DNA of 64,000 nt, taken from contig JAQFVV010000009.1 of the NCBI GenBank assembly GCA_028023455.1, forward strand, positions 620,001 through 684,000, in the 5' to 3' direction. The notes beneath the pieces are model-generated. The model was not told the origin of the DNA, searched no databases, and worked only from the letters and a program-made list of their open reading frames with translations. This document shows, one piece after another, positions 50,532 to 64,000 of this stretch. Every line of letters starts with the position of its first letter. Positions within the stretch are counted from its first letter, which is position 1. Origin of the DNA: Epiperipatus broadwayi (taxonomy: Eukaryota > Animalia > Onychophora). The position numbers and the translations under genes are program-made.

Positions 50532-53044
50532 TGAAGAAAATTAATAGACCAATTTTGAAAAGAAAAAAAAACAACTATTTAATTAATTATAAAAGTTTTT
50601 TATGTTATCTAAACAAGAAGGGAATATCTACTATAAAATAAGAGCAAAACTCACACATTAGTTAATTAAACTTTTATGTAGCACTGTTTGAAACAGTGCA
50701 TGTGAATTTTGATTTCACCAAATCATATATGTAAAGTTGCTTATTGACTAACATCTCTTACACTGTCTGTGTTTCTATTTGTAAAACTTATCAAAATTCC
50801 CTTGTATATTTTTAAAAAAAATTTTTTAACATGGTTTGCAATTTATAATAATTATTATTATCTAAATCTTTATACTTTAAATGAATCTAATGTATTAAAT
50901 TTAACACTTTTTCATGTCTCATTTCCCATGTCAGATATCTGTAAATACATTCTTTTGAATCATTAAAAATAAAATGTTCTGATTAAATTTAAAAAGTTAA
51001 TCATCACATTATCAGAATTAGAATTTGTTCCTAAAATTATGAGATATAAAGGTAAAAATAACTTCACAGTTCTGCAACTGTCAGGATATATTTATCCCAC
51101 TAATACAAAAAGTCTTATTATAATACAATTGTATATTTTTATTTTTACAGTTATTGCAATGATACTCATCTGACCAAAAAATTAACCTATGAATTTTTAT
51201 CCTATAGCTAAAAATAGATAGTATTCATATAGTCATAACTACTGAATAAATAGTTGGACTGGCTAATTAGTTGATATTATCTACCTGAAAGAAACTTGTT
51301 TAAGATCTGAAAAAAAATTCTAAGTTTACATGGAATGGACTTGAACCTCAGGTTGAAGCAAGATAAATACATATATATAGATACATATATGTTTGAATTA
51401 TTATCTTCAATAAAATAACCTTTATAAAAGGATTCAACTAAATTATCCCATTACATAAAAAAAAAAAAAAAAATGGGTTATGATCCTTCAATTATTTTCA
51501 GCCATTATTGGAATTCTTATACTGTTTACTTATTCTGAAACATGAGCCAAGCTTCAGAATATCAGATTGCATTCACTGAACAATATGATATTTTTAATCA
51601 GTTTTAAATTTTATTGGCTACATTTATAAAATATTAAGCAATACATTTTTTAAAACAATATGTCTACATATTTTAATTTTATTTTTAAGTTTTCAACATT
51701 ACCACATATAGGAATTTGTGATGATTTATTAATCAATAATACGTAATCAAACATTTAATGTTAATTGATAAAGAGCTATTCTTATTTGGGGGAAAAACAC
51801 ATACAGAGAACAATCTAAGCTAGTCAAATAAATAATGATGCTTTGATCATAAAAAATAAAAAAAAATTAATTGTAATATAAATCAATCTTCAATTTTCAC
51901 CATTATATTAAAAAAAGGTAAATAATTTGAGAAGATTCACCAATATATTTTATTATCTTACATTCAAGATGAAATGATGAAAAGATCTCCAATCTTAACT
52001 CTTTTTATTTTAAATTTCCTAATTAAAATTAGAAATTTTGCATTTTGTTTATTACCATTGGAAAGCTATATTTTGGGAGATTACATTTTATGAAGAATGC
52101 TAAGTTCACAGTTTGTATAAGAATTATTAAAAATCCACACTTTACAGTGAAGTCATGAACTATGATTTCAATTGCACACTATTCAATAAAAATGTAAAGA
52201 AACAAACGAAAAACATTAAAATTTGTAAACATATTTTATAATGTGTATCAAATTGCCATATATGATCATATTTATTAATAATATTTCTTCAGATTATGTT
52301 GAAAACACATACATTTTATTCTTCATTATTTTTTCCGAATTTGATGTGCAGTATTTTACATAATAAAACATCAACCAGAGCATCATATTTAGTAGCAACG
52401 AAAGTCAGATATTTCGCTACTTACTTTATTTAAAAAATAAAATATGTTGCAATTAGTTTTTTTCTTATTCACAGTGTTTCAGTGAATGAATGAGCGAATA
52501 CACACTCAGTAAAATATATGTAAATATGTGTCTTCAATTTGTTAGCAATAATTATATTATTATTGTTTTAAAATTCTGTTTATACTATTTTAATTTATAT
52601 ATGCATACTATAATATAAATAAAATTCTGCGTTAAATATATGTGCATGCTGAAAAATACTGTATACTCACAGTTCAATAAACAATATATAATCAAAGTTT
52701 ATCAACAAAAGGTGAGCTATTATAAGCTGTATACATTTGTATACAAGGAGAGCTTGGAAGAAAATATAATTTGTGATTCTATTATATATATAAGAATACA
52801 CAATAAAAAATAAATGAATAAAACTATTTTCGAATTAAAACTTTAAAAAATGAAAACCAAATTCTGAAAACAAGAAAATGGCAATTTAAATTTCAACTAA
52901 AGATTTCTTTTTTGTTGTTGTTGCTTTGTAATCTTATAAGTAACTAGAAAAACACAAAATGAATCATGCTTTTATAATCCACTTATGATTACAAACCATC
53001 CGTAATACTGAGAAGTGGATGAAATATTTACATATTACATTTAC

Positions 53045-53140
53045 CTGTATTACAGGAGGTTTAACAAAATATGGAATTCGACCTCGTTGCCAATCATTCA
53101 AAACCATTCGAGCTGCTGTAGAAACATCTGGTTCTCCTTT
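53045..53140 (-). CDS. GNL2: GNL2 exon
   Basis: tttag|[32 protein letters not shown]|gtaaat, 96 nt. Contains the diagnostic GEPD...[12 protein letters not shown] motif. Confidence 0.95.
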
Positions 53141-55592
53141 CTAAACAAAATAATATTACATGTATATAAATCATCTTTATAAAAAATGATGCAAAATAAA
53201 AATTAAATTATGAAATTATATGAGTCAATGAACACTATGTGATATAGTGTTATAATATTCTGATCCCCTGATCTGGTTTCTGGCTTTTGCCTTCTTCATT
53301 GAGATTAGTATTCAAAATTATAATTAATCCACTTATGTACCTAGCAGCACCTTTCTCCTAAGATCTTGAATCCAAGCCAATTCTTCTTGCATAGTTATAT
53401 GGATCTGACACCAGATCAGTTTTTATATATTTTTTAGAAACTTCAGTTTTAGCCAACTGCAGAATTCTTTTACCATTTCACTAAAATGATTACCATCAAC
53501 AACTTTTATTCATATACTTTCATGAGCAATTTCTTTATCATACTCTATAGATATCTATTGTAAGCTTGAACTTGCATTCAAACTTTATGGTTTTTTGAAT
53601 TTCAGACTATTAGCTTGAATACTATAAAGAACTGAAAGATGATTGCTAGATCTCATAAGCTCATTAGTTCCATCTTTGAATCCATGTCTATGCTGATAAA
53701 AACAAAAATCAGAAAACAGTTGGAGACACACCTGCTGAGCACTGATTACTCAAGCTTACAGTAGATGGAAATGAAGAAAATCTGCTCTCGAAAAATATTC
53801 AAAAAATTATTAACAATCCTGTTTTCAATTAGGCCATATAATATAAAATTTAATGTATAGAAAGCATCAGTACTTTTCAGATTTCAACATCATTCAATGA
53901 TTTAACCTTTGACTATTCCCAAATTGTGTACTACATAAACATACAATTTTAAATATGAAATAGTATCCATTAGACATATACTTGACAATAAATATACAAT
54001 AATCAAAAAAATATTAAGGAAATAACTTTACTATCATCTCTTTTAAACATTAATGTGTTATCAAACTTAATTCCTTATTTTCGATCTACTTATGATCATT
54101 AATTCTTCTTGTGGATTCATTTAACTCTATTTTATTAACTATCTCGCTTCTTGAGTATTCATATTATTTTTACCAATACATCTAATATTCTACCTCATAT
54201 TCTATTATCTAACACAGAAGTAAAACTCTTTATAATACTTAGGTTTTATTTCACATCTGGATAATAAATATTACATCTATACCACCAATAGTGAAAAATT
54301 TAATAAATGTTTTAATATTATTAGAAAAAGATCCAGGTACTTAGAGAACATGCATTTTCACCCATTAAACCACAAATTCTTCAGTTGTGTTAAGCTTAAA
54401 ATACCTGTTTCACACAATACAATCATGGCAGCAGCTTTATAAACATATCTAAATATATTCTACTCACAAGGGAGAGAAATTTAATACCATATGATTACGA
54501 ATTTAATTAACACCCTAGAGTGAGATAGAAAGAAATAATTTAAGTTCTGTTTCAACAGCTTTATTCTAATAATGTAATTTTGATAATGCAAATTTAAGAT
54601 CAACCATAATAAAAGATAGACATATATATAAAAGACAGAGATATTTTCCTATTTGTAGTAATAGTTATCACATTTTTGTATATGTAAATATAGGCAGAGA
54701 GAAAAAAAGTTGTTTGAAGCTATAGTGTGTAGAACTGAGTTTTAGGCTCTTATACTACAAAAGAATCTGTAGTTTACAGGTAAAAACTTGTGTCATTAAA
54801 GAACTTATTTAATATTTAAATTATATTCTAAAAATAATATTTTACTACAATAGACAGAAACATAATCCTACTCTATACTACTTAGAAACACTTGGGATAT
54901 TGCCTAACTTATTTTCCAAATATAGCTAAGATTAGATCAAAAATAATTTCTAGGAAAAATCTCCTTAAAAAACTGGCTACCACTATTTAGGACTATGATG
55001 CAAGTATTTTGAAGACAACTTTCTTAACATTAGCATAAACGTCTAGATATTCAATTGAATATTGCTATGAATGAGAAGTAGAATTAATACATTCAAATCT
55101 ACTATTTGCAGGTGGTTTCCTGTTCTTTCAAATATTCCACCACCAAATATATATTTTAAAAAAAGTTGTCTAAAAAAAAAAAAATTATAAAAAGCTAATA
55201 AATAATAGATTAGATTTATAACTAACACAAGATATAGGTGCACAATTTAAAACTTGTCTCAAATCAAAAACTCCCTTTCTGAATGTTCAACTAACAATCT
55301 TTTCAAACAATCAAAGGCAATAGGACAAAAGTGGACTTCTTATCAATTTGCAAACAAATTCCTTTTTCCAAATTTAACAGTAAAGCTAGCTGAATTTTAC
55401 TTTCTTAGATATTACTAGAATCTCATAATAAATTCATGACAATCCATTATTGTAGCACTCATCTGCTTCCTAAATATACTTTAAAAACCACTAAATTTTC
55501 TAAGTGTGGTAAAATATAAACTATAAATCAAATAGTTAATGATTATCATATCTACAGTTCAGTGAATCTATCTTCACGGTTGAAATCTATAT

Positions 55593-57841
55593 TGTAACGA
55601 GCACAGACGTTCGTTACATTGTTTTTTTTATATATATTATTAAACAAGTTAAAATAAAAAGTTCGCATTTAAAAACTTTCTTTAAAAATTGAAATTAAAA
55701 TATCGTCTTAAACTCTTATATATTAAGTCGCACAGATAATAAAAAATTATTAAAATAAAATTTTTATTAAAGAAAAAGGTATTTTTAAAACTAAATTTTA
55801 AAAAAGATTTGGAGATGAAATTATATCTTTAAATTTATCTTTAAATATATTTTTGATTTGGAAAACAGGTTAATTAATCAGAAATGGAAATGATTGTTAA
55901 TTAGTTAAATGTAAACCAGCCTTCAGCATTTAAATGTAAAAACACTAGTCAGATAGGAAAACAATAGAAACTGTTAGCAAATAAGAAGAAATCCCTATGG
56001 AATCGGACCGCAGCGAAAGGACCATCGCATCGGTGACGTAATGTAAATTCAATCCTTCACATTAATATAAAAAGGACAAGTTTGGAAATTATTAGTTAGT
56101 GAGTGACTGGAAATTGATTGATTATTGACGATGTAACAGCTAGGTGTTAGCGCTGGGGGGATTGAAAAAGACGCACAGCTTCAATCCCTTCAGTTCTGCT
56201 AAGAAAGAGAAAAAAATGGGCCATCGTTTATACAATGAGGACCAACTACACGAAAAACAAAATCTCCAAAGGATAAATAAATAAATCAACCGGATACTAA
56301 TCTTCGGACGACGTGGGAATTCACGTTTAAACGGCCAGGAATATAATAGGATGAACTATTTCAATAACCGTAAGAACTTTAAAATTTATGAACAGTAAAT
56401 TAAAAACTTTTCATATTTAAAATGATTTTAATATTATTCTATCTGACCAACAATATTTATTAATTGGTTATAATTTTATTTAATGTATTTAATTTGTAAA
56501 ATCATTTCCATTTATTTATTTATTTATTTAATTTTGTTCTTTAAGTTTTATTATGATTTCTGTTTTCCGTTAAATAAATTATAAAAAAATGTTAAACTTA
56601 AGTCGGGCGTGAATGGCTGTATCGATTTGTAAAGATATATTAAGGGAGGGTAATCTTGGGTTGTTCATTTCGTAGTTGAATTGGTTCAATGGATTGGATA
56701 TATTTATGTAATTAGTAGGTGTAATATGAGATCCGCTACGGGCAGGATTATAGATATACGCCACACACCCTCTGTTTGCCTATGGATGGGTTTTGTAAGT
56801 CGGCAGAATACCGCAGCCCCTTCCTATGGAGTTTTTAGTTTATTGATCTACTTGCCCACAGATGTCACATCCCTGTGGGTGGAGAGTCAATGTCGTTTCT
56901 ATTGCTACATATTGTTCAGATGTACATTCCTGACAATATAGTTGTGTTGTCGTATCATGCTACATTGAATACATGAATGTATCAGATGGATTGGCGCCAG
57001 TTGATTGCGAAATGTGTTGCCTAAGGTTAAATAGGGATAGAATATTTTATTTTCAAATGCAAATCTATGTAGTCGATTCAGGCTCGATCCTAAATAAAAC
57101 TATTAAACTTAAGTTGTTTATAGATGCTTGCATAGATTGGTTATCGGTTAGGTATGTTTTGGGTTTTCATATTTGATCAAAATATATAGACATTCGATAA
57201 ATAATGATACCTTACGGTGAGTGTCTCTAATGTATTTATTCGGATGTCCTTTAAGTTATTGGTGACGATGCAAGTATCTTACGATGAATACTAGAGGGTT
57301 TCTTATAATTCCCTATGCAATTGTCAGTAATCAATAATTTTGTATTTTGATCGTTTATGTTTACTTTGAAATGTTTTTGACCGTTGAAATCTATGTAACC
57401 GATCTATAGCAACATATTAAACAGGTTTATAATATCCATCTGTGCGAACTTGATTAAAAATGTAAATTTATAATATAATAGTAACTCAATGTAAATTAAA
57501 GTAAAATCAAAGTTAAAAATAATGTTAAATGTTTAAATGTAAATCACTAAAATAATTTTAAACCTTATATATATGTGCATAAATAAATCTGTTTGTATGA
57601 TAATTACTGGCAGTGGCTTACTTTATTCTTTTATATACTAGTAAATGATATTATTAAATCTCTGCTATTCCACTGAGCTAGTGACATGGGCTAACGACCG
57701 GAATCAAAATTTAAAAAAAAAAATAATTTTTTTTTTTTTTTTGACTTACGTATCTGCCTACTTATAAATTTTTCTAGGTTCAAATGCCTAGATGGCGCCC
57801 CGTAGTGCAGATTACGTAAGTCCATTCCCCGGATCGTTACA
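55593..57841. mobile_element. Unclassified ~2.25-kb CpG-rich element bounded by TGTAACGA...TCGTTACA
   Basis: Perfect 17-bp IR AATCTATATTGTAACGA (55584-55600) / TCGTTACAATATAGATT (57834-57850), which can also be read as 8-bp TG..CA ends with an ATAT TSD. The interior is CpG-rich without an intact ORF. Confidence 0.5.
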
Positions 57842-59765
57842 ATATAGATTAATTGCATATTTTGTTAATGATTAAGCAATTTTAAAAATAAAAAAATCCA
57901 TAGGCTAAATAAATAATTAAATTTCAATTATAAATACCAATGTGTATTTTCATTACTTATTATGGTTATTACTAATGTACATTGTTAAAATTTAATTATT
58001 GTTCACAATGAATAAAATTAAATGAGGTGTGTTAAAATGTAATGTAAAAATATTTTTATTTAATTTTAATGTGTTTAATATTACAGTATAACATTTGTTT
58101 AAATATGATATCATCTGTGGTTATATGATGCTATACTTGTCATATTTTAAAACAAAATGCAACGCAGCATTGATACAACTGATTATGACAACCAAATACA
58201 AGAATTCCTCACAGCAGGCCAATATAGAAAAGTGGCAAAAAATCCAATACCGAGTACTGAAACAAAGTTACAATCATTACTTAGAAAACATCGCAAGTAC
58301 TTCACTGATTCAGAAAAAAGTAAAATAACATCATATTTCAGCAAAATTCCTCATCTTTATGCTCTACCTAAAATCCATAAGGATCACGTTCCATTAAGAT
58401 CTATTGTTAGTTCTAGAGATTCACCTCACCAAAATTTGGCAAGATTTCTTCTCAAAGTTCTAAGTCCTTTAGTATACAAGACCCAGTCCTTTGTCAGGGA
58501 TTCTAGACATTTTGTAGAATTAATCAAGAACATAAAAATTGAAAGAACTGACATACTGGTAAACTTTGATATAGAAAGTTTATTCACGAATGTACCATGT
58601 GAAGAAGCAAGAAAAGATTAAACGGTGATAATAGTTTACAAAACCAGAACAGCCCTTCCTATTGATAGTATAATGGAACTATTAATATTCGGCATCAAAA
58701 TAACTCTGCTTTCAATATAACACAGAATTCTTCCAACAAAATCAAGAAATGACTATGGCCTCACCAGTGTCTCTCCTGATCAGCAGTATTTATATGAAAA
58801 AACTTGCAACCTTAGCCATAAAAACTTCTCCATATCCACCTAAAGTTTGGCTTCACTATGTAGATGATACATTTGTTGTATGGCCACATAGTGAAACACT
58901 GCTACAAACTTTCTGGAAACACATCAACAACATATCCCCTTCAATTAAATTCACAACAGAATCAGAGCAAGAACAAAAATTGGCATTCGTAGATGTTCTT
59001 GTGACAAGACTTCATCATGGCAAAATCAAAACTACAGTTTACTGAAAACTTACACATATAGGAAAATATCTAGCCAACACATTCAATCACACCAGAAGCA
59101 CAAAACATGGAGTTTATACTATCACTATGGAACAGAGCAAAAGAAGTTTGTTCGGAAACCAGCGATTTGGAAAAAGAAAATATCTATATAGAACAAGTTC
59201 TTATAAAAAATGGTTATCCATCAGCTGTTATTAAGAAAACCTTAAATAGACAACAAAAAGAACCGTCAAAAGAAAAGACAATTATTGGTACTGTAGTGTA
59301 CTCATACGTTCCAAAAATAGCAGACAAATTAAGGAAAATCTGCAATCAGTATAACAGCAGAACAGCTTTCTAGAGCCATACTAAAAAAAAAAACTGCATC
59401 TATGAAATATCATGGGAATGTGGAAGAACATATATTGGTGAGAACAGTCATTCCATTGAAAAGTGCTTGCAAGAACATAAACTGATGATTAGAAGAGAGA
59501 AAACAGATGTGTCTGAGGTAGCAGTATGTGCCAATGAACATATGTTCAATAGGGAAAATACAAAAATATTGGATAGAGAAGAAAAGATACAAAGAAGAAA
59601 ATTTAAAGAGGCTGCTCACATGACAATGGCAAAAAATCTCATAAGCCAACCTAGTGTGACATAATGTATGAGAACCACTAATAAACTGTGGTCTTAGGAA
59701 AAAGTGGAGAAATCAGAAGGAATTTCATAGATAAGTACATGAAATTTCTGCAGACTGTTGCCTTT

Positions 59766-59850
59766 GGCAGTATGGCTCAGTTGGTTAGAGCGTTATCTTA
59801 AAATTCAATACTCAAGATTCTAAGAGTCCAGGTTCAAATCCCATGCTAGT
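59766..59850 (+). pseudogene. tRNA-like sequence in the PLE 3' region
   Basis: A box TGGCTCAGTTGG(TTAGAGCG) and B box GGTTCAAATCC, with an expanded anticodon region and a poor acceptor stem. Confidence 0.65.
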
Positions 59851-59871
59851 ATGGTCACTGGTCAGAACAGT

Positions 59872-59918
59872 AATACCTGAAGAAGAGAGGAGAATAGTAC
59901 CTCTCGAAATGTTGTGCA
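59872..59918 (+). ncRNA. Hammerhead ribozyme remnant (family 3) at the PLE 3' end
   Basis: AAUAC CUGAAGA A GAGAGG-agaauagua-CCUCUC GAAA UGUU GUG. Core and 6-bp stem II present; GAAATGTT is probably a CpG-decayed GAAACGTT; stem I weak. Confidence 0.65.
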
Positions 59919-60555
59919 TATACTAACCTGTTTGATGTGCTATTACTAACAGTTGAATGTATTTGGAATATTTAAATAAAATTAAATTTTTCTAAAGACA
60001 TTCAATATGCATATTAGATGATGGAAATAGTCCAATATAAAAATACAACTAGAACACCATCATCACAAACCTTCAGGAAAACATTTGAATATACGTGTAA
60101 ATGTGCTGCTATTGCAAAATTCTGTGAAGTGGATGTTTTACATAGCATATGGATCATTCTTTTACATTATTATAACTAATGGGTAATATAATGCTTTATT
60201 CAATATTCTCACTTTGTAGAGAGCAGTATGCATTTTTGTTATCTCTAGCAATATTCCTTAAAAGTACTTTACAAAAAGTATATATATTGAGATTAACTTT
60301 TACTGTACATAAGCATTTTCACATTTAAAAGCCTCTTTATTTTTACTAATATAATTGGTATTTAAAAAAGAATAATCATACATGATTATCATCTTTATTT
60401 AGTTACATTTTATCAAGCTAACAGGAGACTTAGCTTCTATTAATTTATTTGATAGATCAATATGAAGCTATATACATAGAGGAAGCTACTGAGGGCTTAT
60501 GCATACCTTTACAAAATAATGAAAAATTTCATACACTTAAAAAAACATTACTTAC

Positions 60556-60714
60556 TTTAAATAGTTTTCCAGTTTTCCGTGCATACTGTTCCAGAAAATC
60601 TTCAGAATTTTTCCAAGAAGAAATTCTATAAGTTCGTGCAATATATTCAGGTTTCACTCGTTCCAAAACTGCAGGTATATAATCCTCTGGATCTTTAATA
60701 TTTTCTATTCGAAC
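60556..60714 (-). CDS. GNL2: GNL2 / Nog2 nucleolar GTPase exon
   Basis: ttaaag|[53 protein letters not shown]|gtaagt, 159 nt. Closely matches the GNL2 segment after the G domain. Confidence 0.93.
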
Positions 60715-63323
60715 CTTTAAAAAAAATAGTTCTATACACAAAAACCATTCCTATGTCTAATTAGTATTTATTAAATTTCAAATACATACTAAAATGTTCT
60801 AATTAATTACATTAACTTATTAATTACATTAACTTATATCAAGTAAATATTTAAATGATGTAATATATTTATTCACAAAGCATATGATGCAATTTTATTT
60901 TAATAAAAAAATATTCAATGTAACAAAGCAGATATTGCTGCACTTTATTTAATTATAAGAAATTTTGTTGCTAAAAGTGAAAATGACATAAGAGAAATAT
61001 ATAAAAATAATAAATATCCATTTTTCTATAGGGATACATTTACTTAGAATAAAAATATAATATATTATTACAAAACTGAACTCAAGTCACTTTAATAAAA
61101 TATCTAAATATCAAATTTATCATTAAAAAGTAACAACAAAAAAAAAAAAAATTAAAAAATATCTAAATGTTAAGTGCTAATTTTAGATTGAACCATTTCA
61201 AATGTTTAATAATTTGAAAGTTTATATTTATTAAAATGATTAATTTCTGTTAATACTGTTTTTTTCTTTTTAACTTTATAGAACTTTGCATAACAAAATA
61301 CATATTTTCTATTAAACAAATTATAATACAACTCTATTATAATGTTATTTTAATGCTTCCATGACTATTTCATCTTTGGATATTTCTCAAAAAAAAAGAG
61401 GGGAGGATCACAATGTACAGATTTTCAGAACATTTCATAAGTTTATATTTTTTCTTATTTTTATCTTCTCAACCAAATTTACCCATTTTACTTCCATTTT
61501 TTGAACGTTTTCAAAAGCATTCTTTTCAACTATATATAAGTTTTGTCCTTTGCCATTAAAATTAGAATTTGGCAAGATAATTGGTATACATTCTTGTGAC
61601 TTTGTCTGAAGTAACAATTTTGTTATTTCAGTTATTATCTGTAAAGATTGCCACTTAATTTGTACTTAAAATCAACAATCGATGAACCAAAAATATTGTA
61701 AATATAATCATAATAATAATATATTTCTAAAAGGTGCATAATGTTTCAATAAACTCCACACAATGGTCTTCCTCCTGTAATATTGTATATATATTGTAGT
61801 AAAGTTCTATGCAAATTGAAGAACAGGAAGTGAAAGAATACATTCATAAAAATAATAGTATATGGATATAAAAGGATCAATAAATGTAAGACTATTTACA
61901 TTTACATTATGATAAAGATCAAACTAGATGACTAGGAAATCATTTTTGCAAGAGTTGAGCAATAAACCCAGGCATGTGCTACAATTCATGACAATAAACA
62001 TGCAGATGAAATCTAGATTTAAGACATGACCGAGTTGATCTTGGGAAACAATTTATTAATATAATGACTAGCTTTAGTTTTTTGACAATGAAGTAATACA
62101 GTTATGAGCAAGCACAAGAAATGGTGATCATGTGATATTTAGTGAAGTAATAATCTTATAAATATAGTAGAATAAAAGAGAAAGGGAAGGAAAAAAGGGC
62201 AATATATGGTTAATTGACAACTTTCACAATATAGATTTTTTAATTGAAATCAAGAAGCCCATTCAGATGCCTTTGAAATTGCAAAATGTCTGTAATTAAT
62301 AATATAAAAAAATAATTAAAAATTATGTAGTAAAAAACAAGCCATAAAATATAGAGATCAATTTACAGGAAATTCCCTAGGATGTTGCAAAAAATGCATA
62401 AAGATTTTGGCAATAACTAGTGACTTTGGAGCATAACTACAATATAACAATTGTGTAATTTTTGGCAAAATTTCATTCTGAACATTAATAATAATAACAA
62501 TAATAGAAAGACTTCTTAAATTTATCAAAAGCAGTCTGGAAATAAATTTAGTATGCTCAATTTTTAGATTTTTTTTCCCCCCAAAATTTGCCACAATCTG
62601 AAATATAATAAACAAATGTGAAAACTGTACTTCTACTCCTAATGGCTTAATGGAAAGCAGACCTTTTTTGAAAAGTAGTGGATGAAGCTTATTACATAAA
62701 AAGAAGATGAAAACTTTTAACAATCAATCTCTATGACAGTAAGGTGGCTGAGTTTTTTAAATGAGAAACTCCATCGATATCTAATCTTTATAAAAAAAGA
62801 TACAAATTTTAATAAGTGATCAATGTTAAGTTAATTTATTACAAAGTTGATTATAATCACAACACAGGAGAAAAGAAGTTAAAAGAGAAATGATTTCAAT
62901 ACTAAAACCAGCATCAGATCAGCATATATTACACATTCTATTTTCTAAAAATAGTAAAATTTATATTTTAAATGTAAATAATAATAAAAAAAACATGCAT
63001 AAGACTGTATTGAATTTTCAAAAGAACTTTAAACTCAAACATACATAGTAAATAATGATCAACATGAAAATTATATATTTTCATAACATTCTCATTTATT
63101 GTAAATGTTTAATATATACAATGAATTCATTCAAATATTCAACTGGCAAAGTTCTAAAAGTAGTATTAAAGATTCTAATGAAACAGTACTAACTCTCTCC
63201 CCCCAATCAAAAGACAATTTCAACACTGATGAAACTGTGAAAGAGGATATAATCAATCTGGTTCAAAATATTTTATAATAATTGAAGTGCTAAAGAAAGA
63301 GAATGAAAATCAAGAATTGCTCC

Positions 63324-63996
63324 CAATAAAATATCATGACTTCAGTTTGTTCAATATTGATTCAGCAGCATATTTTTTACTTTCACCTAATTAACAGTTG
63401 CAGATGATAATGCTTAACAAATTCATACTCAATATCCCCAGACTAATTTCAAGTTTATGGCATTTATCAATAAGGAGCTTTGGATCTTTGACCAGTATTT
63501 GGATCATTAGTGTCTGATGCACCTTTCCTCTACCAGTCATCTTTTACCTTTCTGTTACACTATCAAGATAGCCCAATTTGAAAAACAGATAAATGTTTAC
63601 AATATAAGCCAATTTGTCTGTATAATTATATAGAACTGAAACCACTTGAGTTTATGGTGTCCTTATTTTTTTTTTAATAACTATTGGCACCTCTATCCTG
63701 TGATTAGGATAATTTTAAATCAATAAAATATCACATGACTTCAGTTTACTCAATATTATTTCAACAGCATACTTTTTTTTCATCACAACTATGCTATTTA
63801 CTGTAAGTTTTAGTAATTGACAGGTGCAGATGATAGTGTTTAATAGATCTCCAGACTAGTTTAAAACTTATAGCTGTCATCAATGAAAAGTTTTGAATTT
63901 TGGACCAGTGTCTGGACTTTTAGGATCTAATGACTTTTCTTCTGCTGGCTATCATTTACCTTTCTATTTCACTATTAAGCTAACAGCCCAATTTGA
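63324..63996. repeat. Diverged tandem duplication (~400-bp period), possibly of a Tc1/mariner transposase N-terminal fragment on - strand
   Basis: CAATAAAATATC..ATGACTTCAGTTT...GCCCAATTTG at 63324-63580 and 63721-63995. The - strand reads TGRGKV..ILVKDPK..LEISLG, loosely Tc1 HTH-like. Confidence 0.45.
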
Positions 63997-64000
63997 TAGT

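Larger units (their letters stand above)
58024..59974 (+). mobile_element. 5'-truncated, decayed Penelope-like element (RT + GIY-YIG)
   Basis: KIPHLYALPKIHKDHVPLRSIVS, LVNFDIESLFTNVP, VWLHYVDDTF, KFTTESE..LAFVDVLV (PLE RT); CIYEISWECGRTYIGE..EHK (GIY-YIG). Tentative AT-rich TSD AATAAAATTAAAT at 58011-58023 / 59975-59987, so the ends are uncertain. Confidence 0.9.

Noticed and set aside
29651-60555. Intronic snoRNAs in GNL2
   Set aside because: Manual scan of C-box hits found no properly spaced D box with a terminal stem; a computational scan could still find H/ACA RNAs.

Overview
AT-rich eukaryotic (invertebrate, possibly chelicerate; inference only) genomic window with two partial minus-strand genes. 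(1) The last five coding exons of GNL2/Nog2 (nucleolar GTP-binding protein 2): 60714-60556, 53140-53045, 43264-42427, 38210-38077 and 29650-29486, with consistent splice phases. (2) The first two coding exons of an uncharacterised CPHC-glutaredoxin-domain protein (17074-16850, 4355-4265), probably of the Grx-DEP-DUF547 type. The rest is transposon-rich: a decayed full-length LINE with an SGNH-esterase ORF1, RTE fragments, a Buster-type hAT with a nested MITE, further MITEs, tRNA-Gly-derived SINEs and a Penelope-like element (PLE). The most interesting signal is a set of small Penelope-type structures: TSD-flanked fold-back/direct-repeat mini-elements and three distinct minimal type I hammerhead ribozyme sequences, one apparently intact and two families next to tRNA/Pol III-like boxes. 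All calls were made by eye; no alignments, folding or database searches were run.
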